A stretch of 64,000 nucleotides of DNA from Mobula hypostoma. Its lineage: Eukaryota. The notes under the pieces are model-generated. The model was not told where the DNA came from, searched no databases, and saw only the letters and a program-made list of their open reading frames with translations. Shown here in pieces: positions 1-13,070 of this stretch (positions within the stretch are counted from its first letter, which is position 1; every line of letters begins with the position of its first letter). The translations under genes and the position numbers were made by a program. The stretch lies in contig NC_086108.1 of assembly GCF_963921235.1 (NCBI RefSeq), positions 66,714,001 through 66,778,000 of the forward strand, read 5' to 3'.

Positions 1-630
1 TCTGCAGGGTATGAGCTATGAAGAAAGATTGAAAGAATTAAATCTTTTTATCCTATGTAGAAGTAGAATAAGAGGAGACATGTTAGAAGTTTTCAAGACT
101 ATTAAGGGTATAAGTAAAATGCATGCCAGCTGCTACTTCAAAATTAATCCATCAACAAGGACACGGGGCCACAGGTGGAGACCGGTTAAGGGGACATTTC
201 AGATGAACATCAGGAACCCTTTCATGACACAGAGTTGTTGACACATGGAACAAACTAACTAGTTGTGTAGTTGAGAGTAGTATCTTAGAGACTTTCAAAT
301 CTAAACTTGAAAGAATATAGAACATAGAAATCTACAACATATTACAGGCCCTTCTGCCCACAATGTTGTGCCAACCATGTAACCTACTCTAGAAACTGTC
401 TAGAATTTCCCAGCCACATAGCCCTCTGTTTTTCTAAGCTCCATGCCCCTATCTAAGAGTCTCTTAAAAGACCCTATTGTATCCACCTCTACCACTATCA
501 CTGGCAGTGCATTCCATGCACCCACCACTCTTGTGAAGATATTTCAACACTCTATGTGAATAGAAATTTAGCAAGCTTTGTTGGGCCGAATGGCCGGTTC
601 TTGTCAAAAACTTTCTAATGTTCTAATATG
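1..630 (+). mobile_element. CR1 LINE 3' end (ORF2 C-terminus and 3' UTR), interrupted at about 311-530 by another CR1
   Basis: ORF 11-241 SYEERLKELNLF..RGDMLEVFK..TRGH matches the CR1 ORF2 C-terminus; 3' UTR gggccgaatggcc and a ttctaatg tail at about 583-630. Confidence 0.85.
311..530 (-). mobile_element. CR1 3' fragment nested in the preceding CR1
   Basis: Begins with the inverted tail gaatatagaacatagaa; similar to the CR1 3' end at 49980-50380. Confidence 0.8.
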
Positions 631-631
631 A

Positions 632-820
632 TTACATTCCCGTTAGCTCCCCCAGATTCTATCACTCCCTTACACATAAGGGACAATTTACAGTGGCCAG
701 TGAATCCATCAACTTTCATATCTTTGGAATGCTAAAGCATCAAGAGGAAACCCATACAGTCATAGGAGAAAACGCAAACTCCACAGAGAGGACCAAAGAT
801 CAAGACTGAACCCAAGTCAA
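632..820 (-). mobile_element. V-SINE/HE1-like SINE fragment
   Basis: gggacaatttacagtggcc..gaggaaacccatacagtcataggagaaaacgcaaactccaca is the reverse complement of the V-domain-type motif tgtggagtttgc..gggtttcctc. Confidence 0.6.
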
Positions 821-1947
821 CAATGCAGTTTCACTATATCTCAAAATAGTAAAAAGATTTGAAAAGGAGGAGGAAAGTACTTTAATTCCCAAAAGCTATT
901 GAGCGATTCCTGATAAAGAAAACATGCAACTCTGTATGAGAAACAAGTAGTTTTGGACATAATTATGAATTACACAGGTAGCAATATTACTGTAAAGGAT
1001 GTATTCACTTGTTGAACTAATCCATAGAATGTTAAAATTGGTTATCATCCCTATGATCTTAGGCTGACCCTTCAGTACAGCACTACACTGAAAGACTGCA
1101 AAATTAAAGCCCAATAGTAAACCCAGCTCCTCCTTCAGGTTCAAATGAATGCACCAATTCTTATGACTCCGTCCAAGAAAAATAGAGGTTGCACCTGGTT
1201 TCCTAGCCAGCATTCTATGCCAACAGATAATATCTCAAGACAAATCATTCAACTGTTGTAAATTGATTGATTTGTTTGACCACAAACAACAATGCTTATA
1301 TCTGAAAAGTTAGTTTGATATGAATGGCTTCATTGAAGTGTAGGATGTAGTAGGCCATAATGTGGATGCAAGTTAGTTCATTTCCAAATTTGAGTGAAAT
1401 GACTGAAGAAATCCTATGTTTGGGATTAAATGAAAAAGCAGACTGTTTTGTTATTCTGCATTTTTCTCATCAATCAAGCACCATTCATATCTGAAAAGAA
1501 TGATTTTGAATCTTAAAGGGATGTTACCACCAACATGTACAAATATTTAGAATCCTATTGAAAGATTTTATGGAATCAGACACCAGACCTCTTACTTATG
1601 CATGCTATGACAAGAACAATGTTTTGCCTTTCAAGTGTCTATTCATGTTGGCCTGTACATCAAAAAAATGCTTGAAAATAAAAGTTTAAAGGAGGCTTTT
1701 TGCTGTCAGTGGAAGAAAAATGCTAGATTTAATCTAATATTTGAATAGAAATTTAACTTGTATAAGCCTTTAATGATCTGACCAACTCTTAGTGAAATGC
1801 CTCAAAGTCTGTTGCATATAATCTTGGGTCATTTCAATTAGCAACAACATATTATCTTTGACAATTTTGTTGCACTGAAGAAGGTATCAAACTTAACAGA
1901 ATTTGAAAATAGAATTAATGGTCTTTAATTGAAACATTTGTATATAA

Positions 1948-2180
1948 GCACAAGAAATTCTGCTGGTGCTGGAAATCCTGAGCAACACACTCAAAATACT
2001 AGAGAAACTGAGCAAGCCAGTTAGCATCTATGGAGGGGAATAAACAGTCATTTCAGGTCAAGGCCTTTCATTAGGACTGAGTGATGGTCCTGACGAAGGG
2101 TCTTGGCCCAAAATATTGACTGCTTATTCCCTTCCATAGCTGCCACCGGACTTGCTGAGTTCCTCTGGAACTTTGGGTGC
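1948..2180. mobile_element. Fold-back (inverted pair) of Penelope pseudo-LTR ends with degenerate hammerhead motifs
   Basis: Left arm is the reverse complement of the right arm, centre about 2080; ctgacgaagggtcttggccc at 2090. Confidence 0.7.
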
Positions 2181-3949
2181 AATACATTATATAAAGATGT
2201 ATTTCATTTGTTTGCATTTATTTCAAATCAATCCCCATGTATAGATTATTAAAAGCTCTGCTCTTTCTATTCCATAGATTTCTCACTAAGCATGTGAGGT
2301 TTTAGTTCACTATTTACAAAGATTTGGTTCCATTATATTGGAATAATGTTAACTGCTATTTTACAAGTACCTATTTGTACCTCCTTGCCTTTAAAATCTC
2401 CTGACGAGTAATCTTTTCTGGTGTATGCTTAGCTCCTGAAGTACTTGCTCAGATCTGCATTGTGGACTCCTTTCATTTTGCCGTCATGCACGTGCTTGGA
2501 AAGTTTTTCCACAACCTGCTCCTGAATCATGAGAGGGAACCCTTGGAATCCTTACTTAAAGACAAATGTTCCTCTGATTTACAACTCACCCCTTGAACTC
2601 ACTCTTTTACCTGGTGAATGTGCAAGTTAACTGCTTCTTCCCAAGTGGATGCCTCTGGGTCGATATAGGCAGGGTGACTGGTCAGCCACCTAAGGTAATA
2701 TCTGAGCAACAGGAGTATTAGTTTAGATGTGCACACCTTTCTTTCCTCTGTTCACACAACTTCAAGAGGGTGGAGGGGTCCTGGATTTACCAAAATTGTT
2801 TCATTGGCATGGACTCCTCTAAGGATGCTTGCAGGCATATTACAACTATTTCAATCAGCTTGGTAGGCTGACACATTTATGGTGAACCTAGCCTAGCCTA
2901 CATCAACCTTCAATTCCTGATTTGCCACTGTGGATAGCTTTCCAAATACTGTAGTAAAGAGATGATGAGAAAGATCCTTTACATTAATTGTACATTGACT
3001 ACAACAAAAGTAATCTGTATTTCCAAAGGGAAATTGGGTCCAACTTTCTAAGAGTTTAAATAAAAGATGCAGACTCTCCTAATGAACTATCTGGGAATAA
3101 GTATTATAAATCTTACATAAACCTAACAACAAATATTTTTAAACAAATATCATACAAGCTGAAAGGATTGAAATAATTATAAAGTTGTGAAATATCATAG
3201 CATTAGCATTTTATCAAATTATGTATTTAGTCTTTTCTAATCAGTATTCTTAGTTGTTTATTAAGCTATCCAGTGTCAAATTTGAAAGTCCAAGGCTAGT
3301 CTATCAATTACTGTGCTATTAACAGCATTGATCAATTTGATTGCAATATTTGATCTTCCCTCTCAATACCTGATCTCGTGAGAAGGAAATCCCGACTGCA
3401 AAAAGGGGATTTCTGCTGCTACTTGTCTGAGAAACATGGTTTGTGGAGCCAAAAAGAGCTCGCTAGTATAACACCGGCTTTGTATACTTATCTCTTTTGA
3501 TCTACCCATGGGATTAGGAGAAAATGAAAGTGAGGAAATGTATGCAAATATTTTCATGTCCAGGAAAAGGAAACACCATTGGACTTCCCTGAGTAGTGCC
3601 TCGGGATTTGATGCTAGTGGGAGAGGTAAACAGGTCAATTTCCAGATGCCTCCTGTTCTTGAAAATGCCTTGTAAATTTCAACCGATTGAATCTTTCACT
3701 TGAAAATCAGTATAGCTGCTATCTTGTCCATCCTCTCTGCATTCTGGGCTAAGATGATAATCCCTCCTGGTAGGATTCTGTACTCACAAGTAAAGCAGAA
3801 TGTTTCAGTTTATTTCTCTATCTATTGAGTTTTTGCCCAATTCTTCTCATCCCATTCACACATTGTCAAGTAGGTGGATGGACTCTGGGGTTACCACATT
3901 TGCTTCGTTTGCATGGGTTGCTCTAAAGCCCATCTATTACAAGTTTTTT

Positions 3950-4617
3950 TTTAGATTATGAGGACACTAAGTCCTCGTTTATTGTCATTTAGAAATGCAT
4001 GCTTTAAAAAATGATACAATGTTCCTCCGGTATGGTATCACAGAAACACAAGACAGACCAAGACTAAAACTGACAAAAACCACATAATTATAACATATAG
4101 TTACAACAGTACAAAGCAATACCGTAATTTCATAAGAGCAGACCATGGGCACCGTAAAAAAAAGTCTCAAAGTCCTGACAGCCCCAACATCTCATGTAGA
4201 TGATGGAAGGAAGAAACTTTCCCTGCCATGAGCTTCCAGCACCGCAAACTTGCTGATGCAGCATCCTGGAAGCACCCGACCACAGTCCGACTCTGAGTCC
4301 GTCCGAAAACTTCGAGCCTCCGGCCAGCCCTCCGACACCGAGCATTGAGCACCATCTCTGCCGAGCGCTTCGACCCCGGCTCCGGCAACAGGCAAAGCCG
4401 AGGATTTGGGGCCTTCCCCTCCGGAGATTTCGGATCACACAGTAGCAGCGGCAGCGAAGTGGGCATTTCAGAAGTTTCACCAGATGTTCCTCCGTGCTCT
4501 CACGTCTGTCTCCATCAAATCAGAATTGTGCACGGCCTCCTACTTGACAGATTACAGATATTCATCACCGGAGAGGCCGCGCGCGCTGCGTCGCGCTGCC
4601 ATCTTCTGCTCCTCTTC
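3950..4617 (-). mobile_element. Non-autonomous retroposon (CpG-rich 5' part plus LINE-type 3' tail), copy 1
   Basis: Collinear with 60479-61100; minus-strand tail aaatgacaataaa..taatctaa followed by poly(A) (T run at about 3944-3952); no coding homology recognised. Confidence 0.7.
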
Positions 4618-5559
4618 CAATGTCCTTTCAATAAGAACTGTCTATTGTCAAATTTAATACAACTACCAATCAAATGGGATGTCATTGCGTGAAACAATAT
4701 TTCATCCTGGCTCAATCCCAGTACAAATACGGGTCCTTAATAGCTAGTATGAAGAGCTGTATGAATGAAGCACAGCATCAGCTGAAAGGATAACATAGAA
4801 ATTTGAATAGTAGAAACTATAAAGATCAGTGCTGCCATTATCCCTAAAATTCAGAAGTAATTCTTACTAATTTACATGTCCCTGGAATATATTAGTCAAG
4901 TCACTGAGTGGAAAAACGGTAACTGGTGTAGACTCTCCAAATATCCTAATGTAGTTCCAAAATTTAATGACATCATGAATATTTATTGGGTGTAACTCTA
5001 TATGTAGTATCTTCTTCTGCCTTTTGTTTAAAAAAACTCACTGATATAAAACTAATAATTGTCTTTGCATTAATTACTGTTCTCTGACTTCACTTGGGTT
5101 GTCCATTAGCTTGATATATTTACATGTCAGTGTAATCTATTGAAACCATTCACGCTACTTAGAATGTGGTCTGCTTTATGACATTGGCAAGCATTGGCAT
5201 GTGTCTTTCTACCCTTCACCCAGGTTATTTATGAATCTGGTGAATATCTAAGTCCCAGTAGATTCTTCAGGGAATTATTATTACACCATTACATCTTGGC
5301 CGAATCTTCATCTCTTGCTACTGGAAATGTCAAATTAAAATATAAGATGCTTGAAACACTCAGCAAGAGTCATACAACTTGAACTTTCACCTCTTTCCTT
5401 TCCAGCATCCAGGATTTCTTCAGGTGAAGCAGCAGTTCATTTTACTTTTTTCAATCTAGACTATGGCCAAAACAGTCTATCACCACCATTGAGAATGCTT
5501 ACCATGTTGTCCCACACCATACCTAGATATACTTCCACTCTCAAAATATAGACAGAGTT

Positions 5560-6620
5560 CGAAGAACACAGCACCAGAGGCGAGGACTCTGAAGGTATGG
5601 TCAAGGGAGGCAGAGGAGTGTTTACAGGACTGCTTTGGGTTGGTCAAATGGATTCATCCTTGGATCGTAATAAATATGCCATGGCCATCACTGATTTTAG
5701 CAAGACCTGTATGGTGAGTGTGTGCCTTTGAGAACATACTCCCTAATGAGTGAAAAAGTCTTTTATGACTTTCACACTTCCAAACAATAATGCAACACCT
5801 GTGCAAATTTGCGCAGCATCTGGTAACACTGTGATCTCCGTCTCAGAACCAATATCAGAACACCCTTTGAAAGGGTAAACCTCAGAAAAGCATCAGGTCC
5901 CGATGGTGTACCTGGCAAGGTACTGAAAAGCTGTGCTGATTAACTGACTAGTGTTCAAGGACATCTTCAATCTCTTACTGCTGCAGTCTGAGGTTCCCAC
6001 ATACTTCAAAAGAGTGGCAATCATACCAGTATCTAAGAAGAACAAGGTAAGTTGCTTCAACTACTGTCGACCAGTAGCTTCAAGTTCCAGGGTGTCAACA
6101 TTGCAGAAGATCTGTCCGGGGCCCAACATTTTGACATAATCACAACCAAGGCACACCAGCAACAGAGACTTCTTTAGCAAATTGCTATAGATGTAAGATG
6201 GAGACCATTTTAACTAGTTACATCATAGGAGGGTTCCAATGCACAGGATTGAAAGAGACTGCAAGGGGCTGAGCCAGTTCCACATTGGGCACAACCGTCC
6301 CTACCATCAAGGACATCTTCAAGAGATGGTACCTCAAGAAAGCAACATCCATCATGAAGGACCCTTGCCACACAGGACATGCCCTCTTATTTTTACAACT
6401 ATTAGGGAGAAGGTACAGAAGCTTGAAGACCCCTATGCAGTAATTTAGGAACAGCTTCTTTCCTTCCGTTATCAGATTTCTGGGACCCCATGAACACTAA
6501 TTATTTTTTTTTTGCACTTCTGATTTATTTTGCAATTTTGTATCTTTGTCTTGTACTGCTGCTGCAAAATAACAAATTTCATGTCATATAAAAGACAGGC
6601 TAAACCTGATTCTGATTTTG
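5560..6620 (+). mobile_element. Rex1/Babar LINE, internally deleted and decayed
   Basis: RKASGPDGVPGKVLK and FKDIFNL..IIPVSKKNKVSCFNYCRPVA RT N-terminal motifs; 3' tail taaacctgattctga. Confidence 0.75.
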
Positions 6621-6802
6621 CATTTTTTATTTGCAATACGGTCTCCTGCAGAAACTAATTGCTGTTTAACTAAATAAAGATGCTCACAACTGAACACAAA
6701 GTTTTAAAGCTAGCATATCCAAAGTTTTCACTCATTTCCATTAATTTTACCCAATGACAGCATAATATGATTAAAGCTTTAAACTTCACTGTATGAGTAA
6801 TA

Positions 6803-7245
6803 TACAGTGGCCACTTTATTAGGTACCTATGTGCACTTGTTCATAAATGCAAATATTTAATCATCCAATCATACTGGCACCAACTCAATGCATAAAAGCT
6901 TGCAGACATGGTTAAGAGATTCAGTTGTTGTTCAGCCAGAACATCAGAATGGGGAAATTATGTGACGTTGACTGAGTTGGTGCCTGACAGGATGGTTTGA
7001 GTATTTCAGAAACTTTACAGAGAATGGTGTGAAAAACAAACAACATCCAGTGAGTGCCAGTTTTTTGAGTCAAAACACCCTGTTAATGGGAAAGGTCAGA
7101 GGAGAATCATCAGACTCATTCAAGCTAAAAGGACTTTAAAACTCAAATAACCAAATGTTACATCAGTGGTGTGTAGAAGAGCATCTCTGAATGCACAAAA
7201 CATTGAACCTTTAAGTGGATGGATTACAGCAGCAGACTATGATCC
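6803..7245 (+). mobile_element. Tc1-like DNA transposon derivative
   Basis: Left end cagtggccactttattaggtac after TA; decayed transposase N-terminus GLSISET..REWCEKQTTSSECQF..GQRR; right terminal inverted repeat (TIR) not seen. Confidence 0.65.
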
Positions 7246-9744
7246 AAATGCACTTTCAGTTACATCTGCTGACAAAGAAAACTATGTGATAACAATGGAA
7301 TAAGGTCAATGATATAGTTTCCACCTTGTGCAAATTTATATTTCATTAACTCTTAGATAACAAAGATTATATTGTCCCAGAGTAACTGAAAGAAATGACT
7401 GGAAGATATGCGACTGATACAATTCTATAGCATTGGTCTGTGATCCTGATTCACATGAGTATCCTTCCAGGATGTTTCCTTGTTCACAGTCTATTTTGGT
7501 CAGTTTTCAAATTGGTCACACGTTATCAACTTTTCAATATGCTTCATGTCCTGAAATACTCCAAAGTTTCATTATTGTTATCAAAAATAAACTGCTGGAA
7601 GGACCCAATGGATCAAGCAGCATCTGAAGAGGCAAAGGGATGGTCAACATTTCAAGTCTAAACTCGACATCTTATGAGAACTCATGAGGAATATACTTGA
7701 GATATCCTGTCACATGACATAAATGGCTTAACCATACTTCAGTTACTTGCTGCTCCTCCAAGGGCGTCATTGTAATTTTGAGTCAGAAAGGTTTTGTTTT
7801 AAAGGCTGTATTGAAACTTCCCTGCATCTCACCATTTTGCTGATTCACATTGACCTAACACTAATCATTACCAGTGAAAGCAATGATCTACACAGTCCTT
7901 GTGATGGATATTCACTGCCCAGTGTCCGGGGGACGGAGGGAATTTTTGCCAAGCTTTGCTTTCTAACAAAGCAGCTGACTCTTCCATGGGTCAAAGAGTT
8001 GTTTTTAAGCCAAACTCCCCACTAGTATTCTTTGTTCAGCTTCTTGTCGTAAACAAGAACTAGACTTTAGTTCTTAATGTAAATTGCAAGCAATAATCAG
8101 TCTGAAGTTAAAAGGACAGCTTTGCAAACAAACAGCACTGTTTATATAGCACAGGCTGCTGGCGCATAGCACAGTGCCAGCTGCTCAAGACACGTGGTAT
8201 AAATCAATGGGTTTATGTTAATTGTGACTGCGTCGAACCAGATAATACTGTCTAAGTTATTTAGTTCAAGGAAGCTTGCAAACCAGACTGATGCTATCAC
8301 TTTGCACATCAAATAGTTGATCTATCAATTTGTTGGGAGATCGGCATACTCAGAGAGTCAGCCCTCACAGCATTATTTTTGGGTGTCTGGGATTTCTATC
8401 CTTAGGAGCTTTTAGACCATTTGTTTTGAGTTTCCCAGAAAAGGAACCTGGAAAATATCGCATGTGTGTGAAGTCATCAGATAGCAAAAAAGAGCAGAAG
8501 TGTAAGAGAGCGGTCAGGCTGGTTAAGAATGGTTAATAAACAATAAGAAGAATGACAGAAAGTTGGAGTAACTAGATTCCTCTGCCTTTGATTTCTGTGA
8601 CAGGCGATTTGTTTGAATACAACTCATTGGTATGTCTTTTTCTAGCTTCTAGGAACTGTACTTGTGTTTTGGAAATTCTTTGTGTTTTAGAAAATGTTTG
8701 AAATTTGGAAATCTTTTATAAGATAGAAATCCTCTGAGCTTTAAATGTCTTTTAAGAATTTTATCTAAATTTAAATGTGTATCACTAAAAATAAATGAAC
8801 TGTGTTTAGAACTGCTTAATTAGCTGGAAGTACCTCCCCCTTGGTAGGGAGGGGAGACCCACTGCTTAAAGAGTAGGCATTGGCAGTTAAGCTCTCAGTG
8901 GAGAGTAAACAGGGAAATGATGTAACCTATGAAGTGTAGGTGGCTATGATATAACCGCACTTTAGTGAGGGCGTAGCTATCTATGATCGGATGGGGGGGG
9001 GGAGGGTGCCTAAGCTCTTCGTTTGAGTTCAGAACTTCATGGACAGCAAATCCAGCACCATCAAGTGCTAAAGCAGATTTCTCTCAATTCCATGCGCAGG
9101 CATAAATCATTTCCCAGTGGTGTAAAGACAAAGAATCTCTCTGCATGCTTGTTAAGTTTAAAGGTACAACAAACCTCACCACGGCATAGTGCTCTTTAGA
9201 AAGATTTCTTATTGTGATACTCCATGACTTTGCAACTGACCACACATTACCCTTTCCCTCCTTCCCCTACCCTACTTCTTATTATGGCTTCTGCTATGCT
9301 TCTTTCCAGTCCCGATAAAGGTTTTCAGTCAGGAAACTGAACTGTTTATTCCCCTGACCTGACTTGCTGCAGTCCTCCAAGATTTTGTTGGTGTTTCTTC
9401 CAAATACTTGCAAACTTTCTGAGTTTCAGATTTGAGAATGCCTCCCTCACTCTTATATAACAGCTTTCCGCAATCTCCCATTGAAACACTTCACAACTTT
9501 TTAAGCATTTCCTAACAAAGTGGATAATTTCTAATTGCACATTTTATTCGGTTGCAGAAGTGAACGGAACCAGTTAGATATGTGGAGGAGGTCAAAAGGA
9601 GACACAATTGAGGTTCAGCTGAAAGTTATTGAGTTATGGAATTCACAGATCACCACTCAAAAATTTGAGATACAGAATAAAAATTGCTCTTACTAAATTT
9701 ATATAGAGGAAAAGTAAATAAACATTCCTATCCGGAATGTTTAC

Positions 9745-10545
9745 TCTCCCTCCTGGCACTTATCCTTGCAAGCGGAACAAATGCTATACCTGACTCTGAA
9801 CCTCCTCCCTCACTAAAATTCAGGGCCCCAAACAGTCCTACCCGGTGAGGCAACACTTCACTTTGAGTCTATTGGGATCATATACCGTGTTCGGTGCACC
9901 CAGTGCTCCCAGTGTGGCCTCTTGTATATTGGTGAGCCCCAACGTAGATTGGGAGACTGCTTCACTGAGCACCTACTCTCCGTCTGCCAGAAGAAAAGGG
10001 ATCTCCCCATGGCCATCCATTTTAATTCCACTTCCCATTCCAATATGTCAATCCACAGCCTCCTCTACTGTCGCGATGAGGCCACACTCCATCTGAGTAG
10101 CCTCCAACCTGATGGTATGAGCACCGATTTCTCAAACTTCCAGTAATTGCCCCCGCTCCACTTCACCGTTCCTTTTTCCCTCCCTCTCCTTATCTCCTTG
10201 CTTGTCCATCGCCTCCATTTGGTGCTTTTCCCCCAATTTATTTCTTCCATGGTCTTCTGTCCTCTCCTATTAGATTCCCCCTTCTCCAGCCCTGTATCTC
10301 TTTCACCAATCAACTCCCCGGCTCTTTACTTCACCTCCTGGTTTCACCTATCACCTTGTGTTTCTCCCTCCCCTCCCCCTGCTTTTTAAATCTTCTCCAA
10401 ATCTTTTTTTCTCCAGTCCTGCTGAAAGGTCTCGGCCCGAAACATCAACTGAACTCTTTCATAGATGCTGCGTGGCCTGCTGTGCTCCTCCAGCATTTTG
10501 TGTGTGTTGCTTGGATTTCCAGCATCTGCAGATTTTCTCCTGCTT
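9745..10545 (+). mobile_element. Penelope-like element 3' part: GIY-YIG endonuclease remnant plus pseudo-LTR
   Basis: CSQCGLLYIGEPQRRLGDCFTEHLLSV..HFNSTSHS..LQPDGM; pyrimidine-rich pseudo-LTR with a hammerhead-like motif at about 10415-10450. Confidence 0.85.
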
Positions 10546-10619
10546 ATGTTTCTGTTTCTGTTTCTTGACACATGGGAAGTTGATGCACCTCCTCATGATT
10601 GAAAATCACAATATGGACC

Positions 10620-11015
10620 GTTTCCTGGGAGCAATAAACTGGGAGTCATCTGTTTATAAAATGATAAATGGTACAGTCAGGGTAGACAGCTGAAAACTTT
10701 TCCGCATATTAGAGTAAGTGAAACTTGGAGGACTCCGATTTAGAGTAAGAGGTAAGCAACTTGGAGGGAATATAAAGGGGTCCCTAATTCACCCAGAGTG
10801 AGACAAGTATTTGGGATACACCACCTGACAGAATGGCTGAAGCTGCATCACTGACATCATTTGAGAAGTGTCTAGATGATCACATCTACTGCTTAGGCAT
10901 AGAAGGCTACGGGCAAAGTACTGGGAGATGGGATTAATATAGAAAAATGTCATTGTAGATGAGTTGGGCTGAGAGGTCTGCCTCCATACTGAGATATTCA
11001 AAGACTCTATGACTG
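10620..11015 (+). mobile_element. Old CR1 3' fragment
   Basis: VYKMINGTVRVD matches the CR1 ORF2 C-terminus; tail actctatgac. Confidence 0.6.
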
Positions 11016-11149
11016 CATATTTTATCAGTTTTTACCCCCTTAACCTATCTATGCATATCTCTTGAAAACCCTTTTCCCCACTAAATTTATGCCTTTAGCA
11101 TACTTGGCTGCCATATACTCAGACACTTCATCGGTCATTAATAACAACT

Positions 11150-12003
11150 GCCCACAGCACAACGGCACTCGCTGGGTATAGTCCAACACACTGAGCACTG
11201 ATGCTCCCCAGGGTTGTGTGCTCAGACTGCTGCTCACTCATGACTGACTGCATTGCCGGTTTCAGCTCAAACCACATCATCAAGCTCACTGATGGCTTGG
11301 CCTCAGCAGTAACAATGACAACTCAACAAACAGAGAGGAGATAGAGAGACTCATCAAGTGGTGTGGGAACAACAACGTGGACAAGACAAAAGAGATGATT
11401 GTGCACCTCAGGAAGGCACAGGTCCTTTGCCTGCAAGGTGTACAAGGCTCCCTGCACCCATTCTAACACGTTTCTATAGGTGAACCATCGAAAGTGTCCT
11501 GTCAGGCTGCATCATTGTGTGATACAAAAGTTGCAATTCATTGGACTGCAACTCCACAGAGGACAGTAAAAACTGCTGAGTGGATCATCGGGGTCTCCCT
11601 AACCCCTGTTTGTGACATTTACCGGGAGTGTTGCAGACGAAGGACCCAAAACATCGTTGAGTACCACCCATCCCAACATCTCTTTGAGCCACTATCACCA
11701 GGAAGGAGGTACAGGTGCACCAGGACTAGGACTGCTGGACTGGGTAACACTTCCCTCCTCAGGCTGTGAGACTCAGGCCTTGCCACCACCACGGTCTCGT
11801 CACTAGGACAGTGAGCTGTTTACCGTTTACCAGTGCTGCACTTCACTACATCCATTTTGAATTATGTTTTAGTACTTATTTATGGCACAATATTTTGGTT
11901 TTTTGTTGTGTGACAGATATGTTGTGTGGGTGCACTGTGGTCTGGGGAAAAGTTGCTTCATTTGGTTGTATATATGTATAATCAAATGACAATCAATTTG
12001 AAC
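11150..12003 (+). mobile_element. Rex1/Babar LINE 3' fragment
   Basis: PQGCVL, NNNVDKTKEMIV, QRTVKTAEWIIG, PGRRYR motifs; tail aatgacaatcaatttgaac. Confidence 0.75.
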
Positions 12004-12379
12004 AACCTGAAAATGACCCATTTTCACTGACTGCTTTTGATTAGTTAACCAATTTTCTATCCATACCATTACCCGATGCGAGGAGCATTTATGTACATTA
12101 CAATTTAATCACAATGGAATGCTATTTAAAAAAAAATCAAAATACACCAGTTACTAGTTTCCCTGTAATCATCTAATCAGTCATTTCCTCAAAAAATTCT
12201 CTTAAATTTGTATTTACTGTTTCCCATTTATCAAACTAGTTAACTCTGCTTGAGTGCTTTATGATTTTGTAAATGTCTTTTCACTGTGTTGTTATTAATG
12301 GATTTGAGCATTTTCCCAATGAACAAATGTGCTAATAGTTTACTTTCATGTTTACTGTCCTAATTCTTTCTCAAAGAGG

Positions 12380-13070
12380 GGGAGGTGGGGCATTAGCGGA
12401 AGTTAAGTGTACCTCTTCCTAGAGATGCTGCCTGGTACATCAACTGTACCTCTTCCTAGAGGTGCTGCCTGGCCTGCTGCGTTCACCAGCAACTTTTATG
12501 TGTGTTGCTTGAAATCCCAGCATCTGCAGATTTCCTCGTGTTTGCACCTGTACCAGTTCAGGGTTTTGTAACTCTGATCTCACCTAGCCTCCAACCTGAT
12601 GGCATGAACATTGACTTCTCTAACTTCCACTAATGCCCCACCTCCCCCTCGTACCCCATCTGTTATTTATTCATATACACACATTCTTTCTCCCTCTCTC
12701 CTTTTTCTCCCTCTGTCCCTCTGACTATACCCCTTGCCCATCCTCTGGGTTTTTCCCCCCCTCCCCCTTTTCCTTCTCCCTGGGCCTCCTGTCCCATGAT
12801 CCTCTCATATCCCTTTTGCCAATCATCTTTTCAGCTCTTGGCTCCATCCCTCCCCCTCCTGTCTTCTCCTATCATTTTGGATTTCCCCTCCCCCTCCCAC
12901 TTTCAAAATCTCTTACTAGCTCTTCTTTCAGTTAGTCCTGACGAAGGGTCTCAGCCTGAAACGTCGACTGTACTTCTTCCTAGAGATGCTGCCTGGCCTG
13001 CTGCGTTCACCAGCAACTTTTATGTGTGTTGTTTGAATTTTCAGCATCTGCAGAATTCCTCGTGTTCGCG
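12380..13070 (+). mobile_element. Young composite Penelope insertion with 15-bp target site duplication (TSD)
   Basis: tctttctcaaagagg at 12365-12379 and 13071-13085; ORF end LQPDGMNIDFSNFH*; pseudo-LTR highly similar to 18490-18880. Confidence 0.85.
12934..12969 (+). ncRNA. Minimal type I hammerhead ribozyme (intact core)
   Basis: AGTC-CTGACGA-AGG(gtctcag)CCT-GAAA-C-GTC-GACT: stem I AGTC/GACT, CUGANGA core, stem II AGG/CCT, GAAA, GUC cleavage triplet. Confidence 0.75.

Noticed and set aside
4130..4715. Cluster of ORFs in CpG-island-like sequence suggesting a promoter or first exon
   Set aside because: Sequence is a dispersed repeat with a second copy at 60479-61100.
5224..5382. Candidate exon after the acceptor ctttctacccttcacccag
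   Set aside because: Only a short unrecognised ORF ending in a stop, with no convincing donor.
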